Source: Gemmatimonadota bacterium
GTDB lineage: Bacteria; Gemmatimonadota; Gemmatimonadetes; Longimicrobiales; Gaopeijiaceae
Assembly: GCA_034521595.1 (NCBI GenBank)
Contig: JAXHMG010000003.1
Location: forward strand, 2,144,001 to 2,208,000
Direction: 5' to 3'
Length of the DNA stretch: 64,000 nucleotides
This document shows, one piece after another, positions 28,941 through 37,146 of the stretch (its first letter is position 1; the number at the start of each line of letters is the position of its first letter). A program made the translations under genes and the position numbers. The notes beneath the pieces were generated by a model, which worked only from the letters and a program-made list of their open reading frames with translations, searched no databases and was not told the DNA's origin.

Positions 28941-31616
28941 CTATCGCGGGCTGTCACTCTCCCACCGGACCCGCCAGAGGTCGGCCTCGGTGACGGTGCG
29001 GGAGAAATAGATCCAGCGCCCGTCCGCCGAGACGCTCCCCAGACCCAGCACATCGTTCCCGAGGCCGAAGATCTCACGGACGTCTCCCGTGCGGGTATCG
29101 GCGAGGTACAGTCGGCTCCCCCAGGCGAAGACGAGCCGGCGGCCGTCCGGAAGCCACTGGGGAGCGTCTCCGAACTCGGAGATGGTCTCCAACCCCCGGG
29201 ACGCCAGCGTGTACACAACGATGCCGCTTCCGCCGGCCGCCGGTGGAAGCACCCCGGCGATGCGAGCTCCGTCGGGGGACCAGGTGGGGCGCACCATCCG
29301 ATCACCGGGGATCAGCATCTCGGGGCCCGCGCCCTCGTCCTCCACCGATACCGCGGATACGCCCCGTCCGATCTCGACGAAGCCGACGCGCCGGCTGGTG
29401 GGCTCCCAGAACGAATAGATGGTGATCACGCTGGAAGACGTGAGACGGCGGAGGGGCACCTCCTCGAAGGCTTCGGAGACACCGACTCGTGGAGCGAGGG
29501 CGCCGGACACGAGGCCGGTGACGTCTGCCTCCCAGATTTGGTAGCCATCGCTGCGATCCGAGTGAAAGGCCAACCTGCGGCCGTCGGGGGCCCACTGAGG
29601 CGAGCGGTCGTTTCCGGCGTCGTCGGTGATACGGCGTGAGCCCGTTCCGTCGGTGGCGGCGACGTGCAGCGCCATGGGCTCTTCGAGGGTGTAGAAGGCG
29701 ACCCACAGGCCGTCCGGGGAGACCGAGGGCTCGATGGCCATCATGCCACCGGACGTGACGGGCTCGGGCGGGCCGGTGACGGAGCCGGTCTCGGGATCGA
29801 AGGGAATCCTGTGGATGTTGGAGGTGGTGAGACGCTCCACATAGAGCGCGTCACCGGTGTGCCGGGCGATGGTCGCATGCTCGTGGGATCCGGCGGCTCC
29901 GCTGGTGAGGGGTACGGCGGGCCCGAGCACACGCCTCCCCTCGGAAGCGACGGGCACCGACCAAAGGCTCCGGCTCCCCCCTCGGTCGCTCGAGAACAGG
30001 AGATGCCTGCCGTCCGCGGACCATACGGGATTCCAGTCGACCCAGCGGTCGTCCGTCATCATGACGGGATCACTCCCATCGGCGGCGATGGTCCAGATAT
30101 CCCGCTGGCTGGTGAGCCTTCCGTCCCGCATGACGCTCCAGAAGGCGATCCGCGTCCCGTCCGGCGACCAGCTGGGCTGCACCGCGTCGATGTCGCTCAC
30201 CCGCCGCTGCTCACCCGTGGCGAGATCGAAGACGAACAGGTTGCTGAGGCTGCGCCGGGTGGAGGGATCCGTGACACCCTCGGTAGCGAAGAGGATACGG
30301 CCGCCATCCGGGGACCAGACGGGATTGTACCCGAAGTTGGTGAGCCTCGCCGGAGCTCCGCCGTCCAGCTCCATGACGAAGAGCCCGCCCCCGTTCCGCT
30401 CGGAGCGGAACACCACGCTGTGGCCGTCCGGCGAGAGGGTGGGCTGGGTGTTGCCGAGGGAGGGATCGTGGGTCAGCCTCTCCTCCGTCCCGTCCACCAG
30501 GGACCTGAGGTAGAGGTCGCCACGGCGTTCGAAGACCACCGTGTCTCCGGACGCCGTGAGCGCCGGAAAGAGCTCCGGCGCCGCGTCCCGTGTGACGCGC
30601 TCGAAGGACGCCGGTGGAAGACCGGGCACCGCGGGCCGGTTCAGCACGAAGAGGACGGCCAGGGCGACGGCGGCGACCCCGAGGATGGCGAGCCCTCGAC
30701 CGTACGAGGCCCGGGGAGACCCGGATGTGGGGGCGGCGCCTTCGGCCGCGACTCCTGGAGCACCTGCCGCAGCGCCGCGGGCCTCCACCAGGGCGTCGGC
30801 GAAGGCTTCCGCCGAATCGAAGCGGTCCACCGGGAGCTTCTGTAGCGCCCGCGTCAGCACCGCGTCGACCTCGGGTGGAACCGCCTCCCTGAGCCTCCGG
30901 ACCGACGGAATCGGATCCGTCATCCGCTTGATGGTCACCATACGCGCCGTGGGACCGGTGTAGGGAGGCTCCCCCGCGAGCATCTGGTAGAGGACGCACG
31001 CCAGGCCGTAGACGTCGCTTCGCGCGGTCACGTCGTCGGCCCCGGAAGCCTGCTCCGGGCTCATGTACAGGGGCGTGCCCACGGTGATGCCCGTCGACGT
31101 GAGGGCCGCTCCACCGGCATCGTCCACCACGATGTGCGCGATGCCGAAGTCGCACACGAAGGTGCGCCCTCCCGAAAGCATGATGTTGCCGGGCTTCACG
31201 TCGCGGTGGATGACACCGGACCGGTGCGCGTGGTCCAGCCCTCGGGCAACATCCACGGCGATGTCGATGGCTTCGTCCACGGGCAGGGGACCGTCCCGCT
31301 CCAGGCGGTCTGCGAGGGTCTCGCCCGACAGGAAAGGCATGACGTAGTAGACGAGCCCATCGGCCTCCCCCGAGTCGTAGAGAGTAAGGATATGCGGGTG
31401 CTGGAGCCCCGCGGTGACTCGAATCTCGTGGAGGAAGCGCTGCGTCCCCACGGCAGCCGCTATTTCGGGGTGGAGCACCTTGAGCGCCACGTCCCGATGG
31501 TGCTTCACATCCCGAGCGCGATACACGCTCGCCATGCCGCCTCGACCGACGAGGCTGAGCTTTTCGTAGCGGCCGTCCAGAGCTCGCGTAAGTCGTTCGA
31601 GGGTCGGGTCGGTCAC
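28941..31616 (-). CDS. Hanks-type Ser/Thr protein kinase with TM helix and extracytoplasmic PD40/TolB-like propellers
   Basis: GRGGMASVY; VALKVL; IHRDVKPGNI; DFGIA; GTPLYMSPEQ; TM LAILGVAAVALAVLFVL; repeated P.WSPDG motifs. GTG start 31616 inferred. Confidence 0.92.
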   Translation of the reverse strand: MTDPTLERLTRALDGRYEKLSLVGRGGMASVYRARDVKHHRDVALKVLHPEIAAAVGTQRFLHEIRVTAGLQHPHILTLYDSGEADGLVYYVMPFLSGETLADRLERDGPLPVDEAIDIAVDVARGLDHAHRSGVIHRDVKPGNIMLSGGRTFVCDFGIAHIVVDDAGGAALTSTGITVGTPLYMSPEQASGADDVTARSDVYGLACVLYQMLAGEPPYTGPTARMVTIKRMTDPIPSVRRLREAVPPEVDAVLTRALQKLPVDRFDSAEAFADALVEARGAAAGAPGVAAEGAAPTSGSPRASYGRGLAILGVAAVALAVLFVLNRPAVPGLPPASFERVTRDAAPELFPALTASGDTVVFERRGDLYLRSLVDGTEERLTHDPSLGNTQPTLSPDGHSVVFRSERNGGGLFVMELDGGAPARLTNFGYNPVWSPDGGRILFATEGVTDPSTRRSLSNLFVFDLATGEQRRVSDIDAVQPSWSPDGTRIAFWSVMRDGRLTSQRDIWTIAADGSDPVMMTDDRWVDWNPVWSADGRHLLFSSDRGGSRSLWSVPVASEGRRVLGPAVPLTSGAAGSHEHATIARHTGDALYVERLTTSNIHRIPFDPETGSVTGPPEPVTSGGMMAIEPSVSPDGLWVAFYTLEEPMALHVAATDGTGSRRITDDAGNDRSPQWAPDGRRLAFHSDRSDGYQIWEADVTGLVSGALAPRVGVSEAFEEVPLRRLTSSSVITIYSFWEPTSRRVGFVEIGRGVSAVSVEDEGAGPEMLIPGDRMVRPTWSPDGARIAGVLPPAAGGSGIVVYTLASRGLETISEFGDAPQWLPDGRRLVFAWGSRLYLADTRTGDVREIFGLGNDVLGLGSVSADGRWIYFSRTVTEADLWRVRWESDSPR

Positions 31617-31703
31617 GGGTATGGGGTAGAGAGGGACGTCATTCTTGCAATGCGCTACCCGCACAGGGTAGCGTGGAACACACACGCTATCACACGGGAG
31701 ATC

Positions 31704-32252
31704 ATGGAGCGAGACACCGAGGGAGGGGAGGACACCGCCGTCGAACGCTTGCTCCCGATGGTTTACGACGAGCTGCATCGGCTCGCCCACGCGGCCATGC
31801 GCGGTGAATCCACCGGCCACACGCTGCAGACCACGGCGCTGGTGCACGAAGCCTACGTGCGGCTGGTGAGCGCGGATCTCGAGTGGGAGGGATCCGCCCA
31901 CTTCCTGAGGATTGCCGCCCGCGCCATGCGCAGGGTTCTGGTGGATCACGCCAGGGCTCGGAAGGCGGCGAAGCGAGGAAGCGGGGCTCCGGTGATGCTC
32001 CTGGACGCTCTGGAGGGTGTGGTCGCCACCGACTCCCGTCCCGACGATGTCCTCGCCCTCGATGACGCCCTCGAGCGTCTTTTTGCGCTTGATGAGAGGA
32101 AGGGGCGCATCGTGGAGCTCTGTTACTTCGGAGGGCTCACCTACAACGAGATCGCAGACACACTCGACGTGTCCGCGGCCACGGTGCACCGAGACCTCCG
32201 CATGGCGAGGGCGTGGCTATATGATGAGCTTCGAGACGACGAGGGATCCTGA
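31704..32252 (+). CDS. ECF sigma factor of the kinase-associated type (TIGR02999/ECF43-like)
   Basis: LLPMVYDELHRLA; HTLQTTALVHEAYVRL; HFLRIAARAMRRVLVDHARARKAAKRG; LALDDALERL; IVELCYFGGLT; VHRDLRMARAWL. The true start may be up to about 18 codons earlier. Confidence 0.92.
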   Translation: MERDTEGGEDTAVERLLPMVYDELHRLAHAAMRGESTGHTLQTTALVHEAYVRLVSADLEWEGSAHFLRIAARAMRRVLVDHARARKAAKRGSGAPVMLLDALEGVVATDSRPDDVLALDDALERLFALDERKGRIVELCYFGGLTYNEIADTLDVSAATVHRDLRMARAWLYDELRDDEGS

Positions 32253-32508
32253 GCGTTTCCGCCTCCTGAACCAGCTGTTCGAGATCCTCCTCCGCACCCA
32301 TCCGGCCCGCTGGGACGAGGTCGTGGCCGACCGGGCCCTCGACCCGCGCCTGGCCGCGGAGGCCCGAAGACTCCTCGTGCTCGACCGGTCCGGGGCACCT
32401 GATCGATACCTGAAGCATCTGGTCACCACGGCCCAGGCAGTGGTGAGAACGGAGGCGCTGGAGACGGACGGAGCCTGGCCCACCGGGAACCGATCCGAGC
32501 ACACGTGA
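32221..32508 (+). CDS. Small protein resembling the pre-kinase N-terminal helical segment of ECF43-linked kinases
   Basis: DPERFRLLNQLFE..L...PARW......DPRLAAEARRLL parallels the TPERW..I..LF..AL..P..R......D..L..EV..LL segment; overlaps the sigma 3' end; no kinase domain follows. Confidence 0.55.
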   Translation: MMSFETTRDPERFRLLNQLFEILLRTHPARWDEVVADRALDPRLAAEARRLLVLDRSGAPDRYLKHLVTTAQAVVRTEALETDGAWPTGNRSEHT

Positions 32509-32612
32509 GGGGATTCAGCCGGGTTTGACGCCTGTTGATGTGAATACCCCGGCCATGCCGGGCGAGCATCGATCCTGCCGGCACGGCCGGCGTCAACATC
32601 CGGAGTCATCTC

Positions 32613-34634
32613 ATGAGTCACTCACGTCTGCCCCGGGCACGGGCCTTCGCCTTCGCCCTGATCGCCGGCCTGATGTCCGCCTGCGGAGGAAGCGAGGCGC
32701 CGGCCTGCAGCCCCACGGATCCCGGATGCGATGCCGGTGACGGAAATGGGGACGGCAATGGCAACCCGACTGCCCTCGCGGTGACGCAGGTCTCGCCCAA
32801 CGACGGCACGACGGGCGTCGCGACGGACGCCGCCGTCACCATCACGTTCTCGCGCGCCGTAGCCGCGGCCTCGGTCACGTCGACGTCCGTCACCGTCGGG
32901 TCGCTGGCGGGGACCCGGGACGTGAGCGGCTCCACCGTCACGTTCACACCCGACGACGCCATGGCGGAAGCGACGAGCTACACCGTCTCCGTGACCGGCG
33001 TCACCGACGCCGACGGCGTGGGACTCGACGGGGCGTTCAGCTCGTCGTTCACGACGGTATCGAGCCCGGCTATGGCCGACGCGGGTCCGGACGTGAGCAT
33101 TACCGCCGGCGCCGAATCGACCCTCGACGGGAGCGCCAGCACCGGGTCGGGCGCGACCTACACGTGGACGGTGCTCGAAGGCCCCAGCGTGGGATCGCTC
33201 AGCGGCGCCACGCCGACCTTCACAGCGCCGGACGAGATCGGGAAGATGGTGGTGGAGCTGAGCGTCTCCGGTGGCTCGGGCTCGGACGCGGACACGGTGC
33301 AGGTCTGGATCCTCGAGGACGCGGACCACGCGCTGTGGGTGAGCCCTGCGGGCTCCGACTCGAATCCCGGCACGCGTGAGGCGCCGATAGCCACGATCCA
33401 GGCGGCCATCGACGCGGCGGACGGCGCCGGGAACGGCGCGGACGTCTACATCGCCGGCGGTGAGTACATGGAGTCCGTCACGCTCCGGTCGCGGGTGAGC
33501 CTCTACGCTGGCTGGGACGAGGCCGACTGGTCCCGGAACATCGAGACGCGCCGAGCGGTGGTGCGCGGAGGCGCCACGGCCGTCCAGGGCACGGAGTCCA
33601 ACAACCTGGTGCTGGAAGGCCTGGAGGTCATCGCGGCAGACGCCACGGATCCGGGCGAGAGCTCCGTCGCGGTGTGGCTGCTGAACTCCACCGGCGTCGA
33701 CATCCGCAGAAACATCATCCGTGCGGGCGCCGGGGCCATGGGGGTGTCCGGGACCACGCCGAACCGGACCCGAACCGGATCCACCGGCTCACGGGGCGGC
33801 AATGCGCGGTTGTGTGTGAGCCGCACGTCCGGAGGATCGGGTGGCTCGAATTACCGGAGCGGTGGCAACGGCGGTCTCGGTGGCGGCACCAACCCCACCG
33901 GAGGATCGTCGGGCTCGACGTCCAACGGTGGTGGCGGGGGAAGTGCCGGGACGTCGGGTTCCAAGAACGGCGGACGCGGTAGAACCGCCGCGACGACTGG
34001 ACCCGTGGGCGGAAACGGCGCCGCCGGATCCGCGTTCGGAGCCATCAACGAGAGCGGTGAGTACGTCGCGGAGGCTGCGGGCGGCAACACGGGCACCAAC
34101 GGCAGTGCGGGCTACGGCGGTGGTGGTGGCGGCGGCGCCTACGGCCTGGTGGGTCTCTGCGGCGGCAGCGGCGGCGGGGGGGGTGGCGGCGGCGAGGGCG
34201 GCCAGCCCGGCACCGGTGGCATGGGCGGCGGCGCCTCCTTCGCGGTGCTGGCGGTGGGTCCGGGCTCGATCTCCATCGGGGACAACGAGCTGCACACCGC
34301 GGACGGCGGTGTGGGCGGCCGAGGAGCGACCGGAGGCGCCGGTGGCTTAGGCGGGTCCGGAAACGTGGGCGGGACCCGGGGATGCGACTCCCTATTCCCC
34401 TCCATCTGCACCGGTACGGGCGGTCGGGGTGGGAACGGCAGTGCCGGCGGGCGGGGCGGACATGGCGGCGGCGGCGGCGGCGGTCCGAGCATCGCCGTCA
34501 TCGAGGGCCCGACGACCACCATCACGTTGAGCGGGAACACCTTCATGCTCGGCGAAGGCGGGGCCGGAGGCCCGAGCTCCGGCAACAGCGGCCCAGCCGG
34601 CGAAGCCGCCGAGCAGAAGAAGCTCACGCCGTGA
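32613..34634 (+). CDS. Surface lipoprotein: Ig-like (Big_5), PKD-like and DUF1565-like domains plus a long Gly-rich region
   Basis: Lipobox LMSAC; VSPNDGTTGV..ITFS; ADAGPD..TLDGSAS..YTW; WVSPAGSDSNPGTREAPIATIQAAI; GGxGG repeats with scattered Cys. Confidence 0.85.
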   Translation: MSHSRLPRARAFAFALIAGLMSACGGSEAPACSPTDPGCDAGDGNGDGNGNPTALAVTQVSPNDGTTGVATDAAVTITFSRAVAAASVTSTSVTVGSLAGTRDVSGSTVTFTPDDAMAEATSYTVSVTGVTDADGVGLDGAFSSSFTTVSSPAMADAGPDVSITAGAESTLDGSASTGSGATYTWTVLEGPSVGSLSGATPTFTAPDEIGKMVVELSVSGGSGSDADTVQVWILEDADHALWVSPAGSDSNPGTREAPIATIQAAIDAADGAGNGADVYIAGGEYMESVTLRSRVSLYAGWDEADWSRNIETRRAVVRGGATAVQGTESNNLVLEGLEVIAADATDPGESSVAVWLLNSTGVDIRRNIIRAGAGAMGVSGTTPNRTRTGSTGSRGGNARLCVSRTSGGSGGSNYRSGGNGGLGGGTNPTGGSSGSTSNGGGGGSAGTSGSKNGGRGRTAATTGPVGGNGAAGSAFGAINESGEYVAEAAGGNTGTNGSAGYGGGGGGGAYGLVGLCGGSGGGGGGGGEGGQPGTGGMGGGASFAVLAVGPGSISIGDNELHTADGGVGGRGATGGAGGLGGSGNVGGTRGCDSLFPSICTGTGGRGGNGSAGGRGGHGGGGGGGPSIAVIEGPTTTITLSGNTFMLGEGGAGGPSSGNSGPAGEAAEQKKLTP

Positions 34635-34674
34635 CCCGACGCGTTCCTGAGTTCCGGGGGGCGGCATGCTCCCC

Positions 34675-34726
34675 GGGACGCCCATCCCGAGCATCATTTC
34701 GGGACGCCCATCCCGAGCATCATTTC
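34675..34726 (+). repeat. Perfect 26-bp tandem duplication
   Basis: gggacgcccatcccgagcatcatttc twice, immediately before the GGAG RBS of the cytolysin-like gene. Confidence 0.95.
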
Positions 34727-34737
34727 CGGAGCACCCC

Positions 34738-37143
34738 ATGAGTAAGCATCTCAGAACCAGCTGGAGAGCCATTCTCGGCGCCCTCCTGCTCCTCTCCATC
34801 CCCACCGCCTGCTCGGAGAGTCCGACGGACCCCGGCGACGGCAACGGAATCGCCGACCAGAGCGTCAGCGACTACATGCAGAGTCTGGGGTCGTGGGCGG
34901 CATTCGCCCCCTCCGAGCCCGACCAGCCGCCCACCGCTACAGGAGACCCGGTGGAGCTCCCCCCGGACACCCTCAACGTTCCGGAGGTGGTGGAGGATGA
35001 GGATGGCAGCGCCCGGGTGGAGGTGATCCCGAACGTGGTCTATCAGTGCACGGAGACGCCACACACCCTGACGAAGAACCCGCAGCAGATCGTCATGTAC
35101 AACCCCGACCGCGAGATCCTTTGGGCGGGGTCCCTCATCCAGGGCCGGAGCCACCGGGACGGACGGGGGGCGCTTCTCGGCCTCACCATCGCCGAGCGGA
35201 CACCCATCCAGGTGTCGATCCCCGATCTACCCACGGGCGCCAACTTCCGTGAGGTGGCGAATCCCTCCCTGGCCACCGTGGAAGCAGCCGTCGGAGAGAT
35301 GCGCGGGAACGCGACCGTCTCGGGACTCGCCGCCCCCTCCACCATCACATTCCGACAGACCGTCTCCCACTCGGAGCGGCAGTTCGCGCTCTCCGTGGAC
35401 GTCTCCGGGCACTACATGGGCTTCTCGGCGGCGGCCAGCGCCGACTACAGCAGGAACGCGTCCGAGACCACCATCACCGCCCACTTCTTCCAGCGGATGT
35501 TCGAGGTGGTGGTGGCGCCCCCGCAGACCCCCGGGGCCTTCTTCAGCGACACCTTCACCCAGGAGAAGCTCCAGCAGCAGGTCGACCTCGGGCGCATCGG
35601 GCCGGACAACCTCCCTGTCTACGTGTCGAACATCGTGTACGGGCGCATGATGACGTTTTCCATTACGTCCAGCGCCAGTGAGGAAGAGCTCCGCGGCACC
35701 TTGCAGGCGGCGTACAACAGCATCGGCGGCGGGGCCGAAGCCTCCATCTCCGCGAAGCAGAGGACCATCCTCCGGGAATCGCGGATCTCGGTGACGTCGC
35801 TGGGCGGACCGGCGGAGGCCACCCTCGCGGTGATCCGCTCCGGCGACTGGTCCCGGTACTTCACCGACGACGCGCCCATCTCCAGCGCGGCGCCCCTGTC
35901 CTACACCTTCAGGAATCTGTCCGACGGCAGCATCGCCTCGGTGACCGAGGCCACGGAGTACAACCTGAAGGAGTGCACGCCCCGCCCGTCGAGTCCGGGT
36001 CTCTTCGATTTCGCGTCGCTCCAGGCCACCAGCCTGGGGATCCCCACACCGGTACGTACGCGCATCGCCGACATCGACGGCGACGGCGACGGCCGCATGG
36101 ATATGGTGTGGAACCACATGGGCGCGACGAACCAGGTGGTCGTGGGCCTGTCCAATGGCGATGGGACCTTCGACATGATGTCTCCGGTGACGCATCCCGA
36201 GAGCCCGGTGGAGGGGTGGGCCAACTACGAGACCGTGGTGGGCGACTTCAACGGCGACGGCACCTCCGACCTGGGATGGGCCTATGCGGGAACGGCCGGG
36301 AACAAGGTCTATCTGGGCCTGGGGAACGGTGACGGGAGCTTCGGCACACCGAGCGTGCGGATCCTGGGGACGACGAACGTCACCGGGTACGAGGCGCTGA
36401 CCGGCGACGTGAACGGCGACGAAGACGACGACCTGATCTTCAATCGGCGGGGTGGGACGTACAACGACGTCTACACCGCCGTCTCCGACGGCTCCGGGAA
36501 CTTCAGCCTGACCGCGGTTCGCAGGCACCCCAACACGAGAGGATGGCCTACCTTCGATCCGTTCGTGGGCGACGTGAACGCGGACGGCCGCGCCGACCTC
36601 CTATGGGCGAGGTTCAACCGCTCGTACTTCGCGCCCGGCAACATCGATGGGACGCACAGTCTGCCCTCGACCTTCTACGATCCGCCCAGCACCGGCGCCT
36701 CGTTGCCCGTGCGCGTGGCGGGCGACGTCGACGGTGACGGCCGCACGGACCTCGTCTGGGCCGACACGACCACCGCCGGCACGAATGGCGTGGTGGTGGG
36801 CCGCTCCACGGGCACCGGTATCTCGTTCCTGTCCCGCACCGACGGAAACCTGCAGAACGGAGTGCCCCTCAGCGTGCGCTCCGGCGACATCAACGGAGAC
36901 GGCCGGGCCGACCTGCTCTGGAACACCCAGGGCGCGGTGAACCGGGTGTATGGAAGCCTCGGTACCGCCAGCGGCGGGCTCGACTTCTCACCGGCCAACC
37001 AGCTCCACCCGGTGTCCACCGACTGGGATCAGTTCACCGTGTACCTCGCCGATGTGAACGGCAACGGCAGGCAGGACGTGATCTGGAACCATGCCGCGTC
37101 CGAGAACCGCATCTACGTGGGGATCTCGAGAAGGCAGAACTGA
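34738..37143 (+). CDS. Thiol-activated/cholesterol-dependent cytolysin-like lipoprotein with C-terminal FG-GAP repeats
   Basis: Lipobox IPTAC; ILWAGSLIQG..ERTPIQVSI.DL; V.NPS...V..AV; F.QRMFEV.V.PP..PGAFF...PVYVSNIVYGRM; LGG; PLSYTFRNLSD. Then seven or more (G)D.NGDG..DL.W repeats. Confidence 0.85.
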   Translation: MSKHLRTSWRAILGALLLLSIPTACSESPTDPGDGNGIADQSVSDYMQSLGSWAAFAPSEPDQPPTATGDPVELPPDTLNVPEVVEDEDGSARVEVIPNVVYQCTETPHTLTKNPQQIVMYNPDREILWAGSLIQGRSHRDGRGALLGLTIAERTPIQVSIPDLPTGANFREVANPSLATVEAAVGEMRGNATVSGLAAPSTITFRQTVSHSERQFALSVDVSGHYMGFSAAASADYSRNASETTITAHFFQRMFEVVVAPPQTPGAFFSDTFTQEKLQQQVDLGRIGPDNLPVYVSNIVYGRMMTFSITSSASEEELRGTLQAAYNSIGGGAEASISAKQRTILRESRISVTSLGGPAEATLAVIRSGDWSRYFTDDAPISSAAPLSYTFRNLSDGSIASVTEATEYNLKECTPRPSSPGLFDFASLQATSLGIPTPVRTRIADIDGDGDGRMDMVWNHMGATNQVVVGLSNGDGTFDMMSPVTHPESPVEGWANYETVVGDFNGDGTSDLGWAYAGTAGNKVYLGLGNGDGSFGTPSVRILGTTNVTGYEALTGDVNGDEDDDLIFNRRGGTYNDVYTAVSDGSGNFSLTAVRRHPNTRGWPTFDPFVGDVNADGRADLLWARFNRSYFAPGNIDGTHSLPSTFYDPPSTGASLPVRVAGDVDGDGRTDLVWADTTTAGTNGVVVGRSTGTGISFLSRTDGNLQNGVPLSVRSGDINGDGRADLLWNTQGAVNRVYGSLGTASGGLDFSPANQLHPVSTDWDQFTVYLADVNGNGRQDVIWNHAASENRIYVGISRRQN

Positions 37144-37146
37144 CGC

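Noticed and set aside
31617-32189. N-terminal extension of the kinase ORF
   Set aside because: It is antisense to the ECF sigma gene; kinase-like sequence starts near 31616.
35968-35990. ECT residues as the start of the CDC undecapeptide
   Set aside because: They are followed by PRPSSPG rather than GLAWEWWR and lie at the linker before the FG-GAP repeats.
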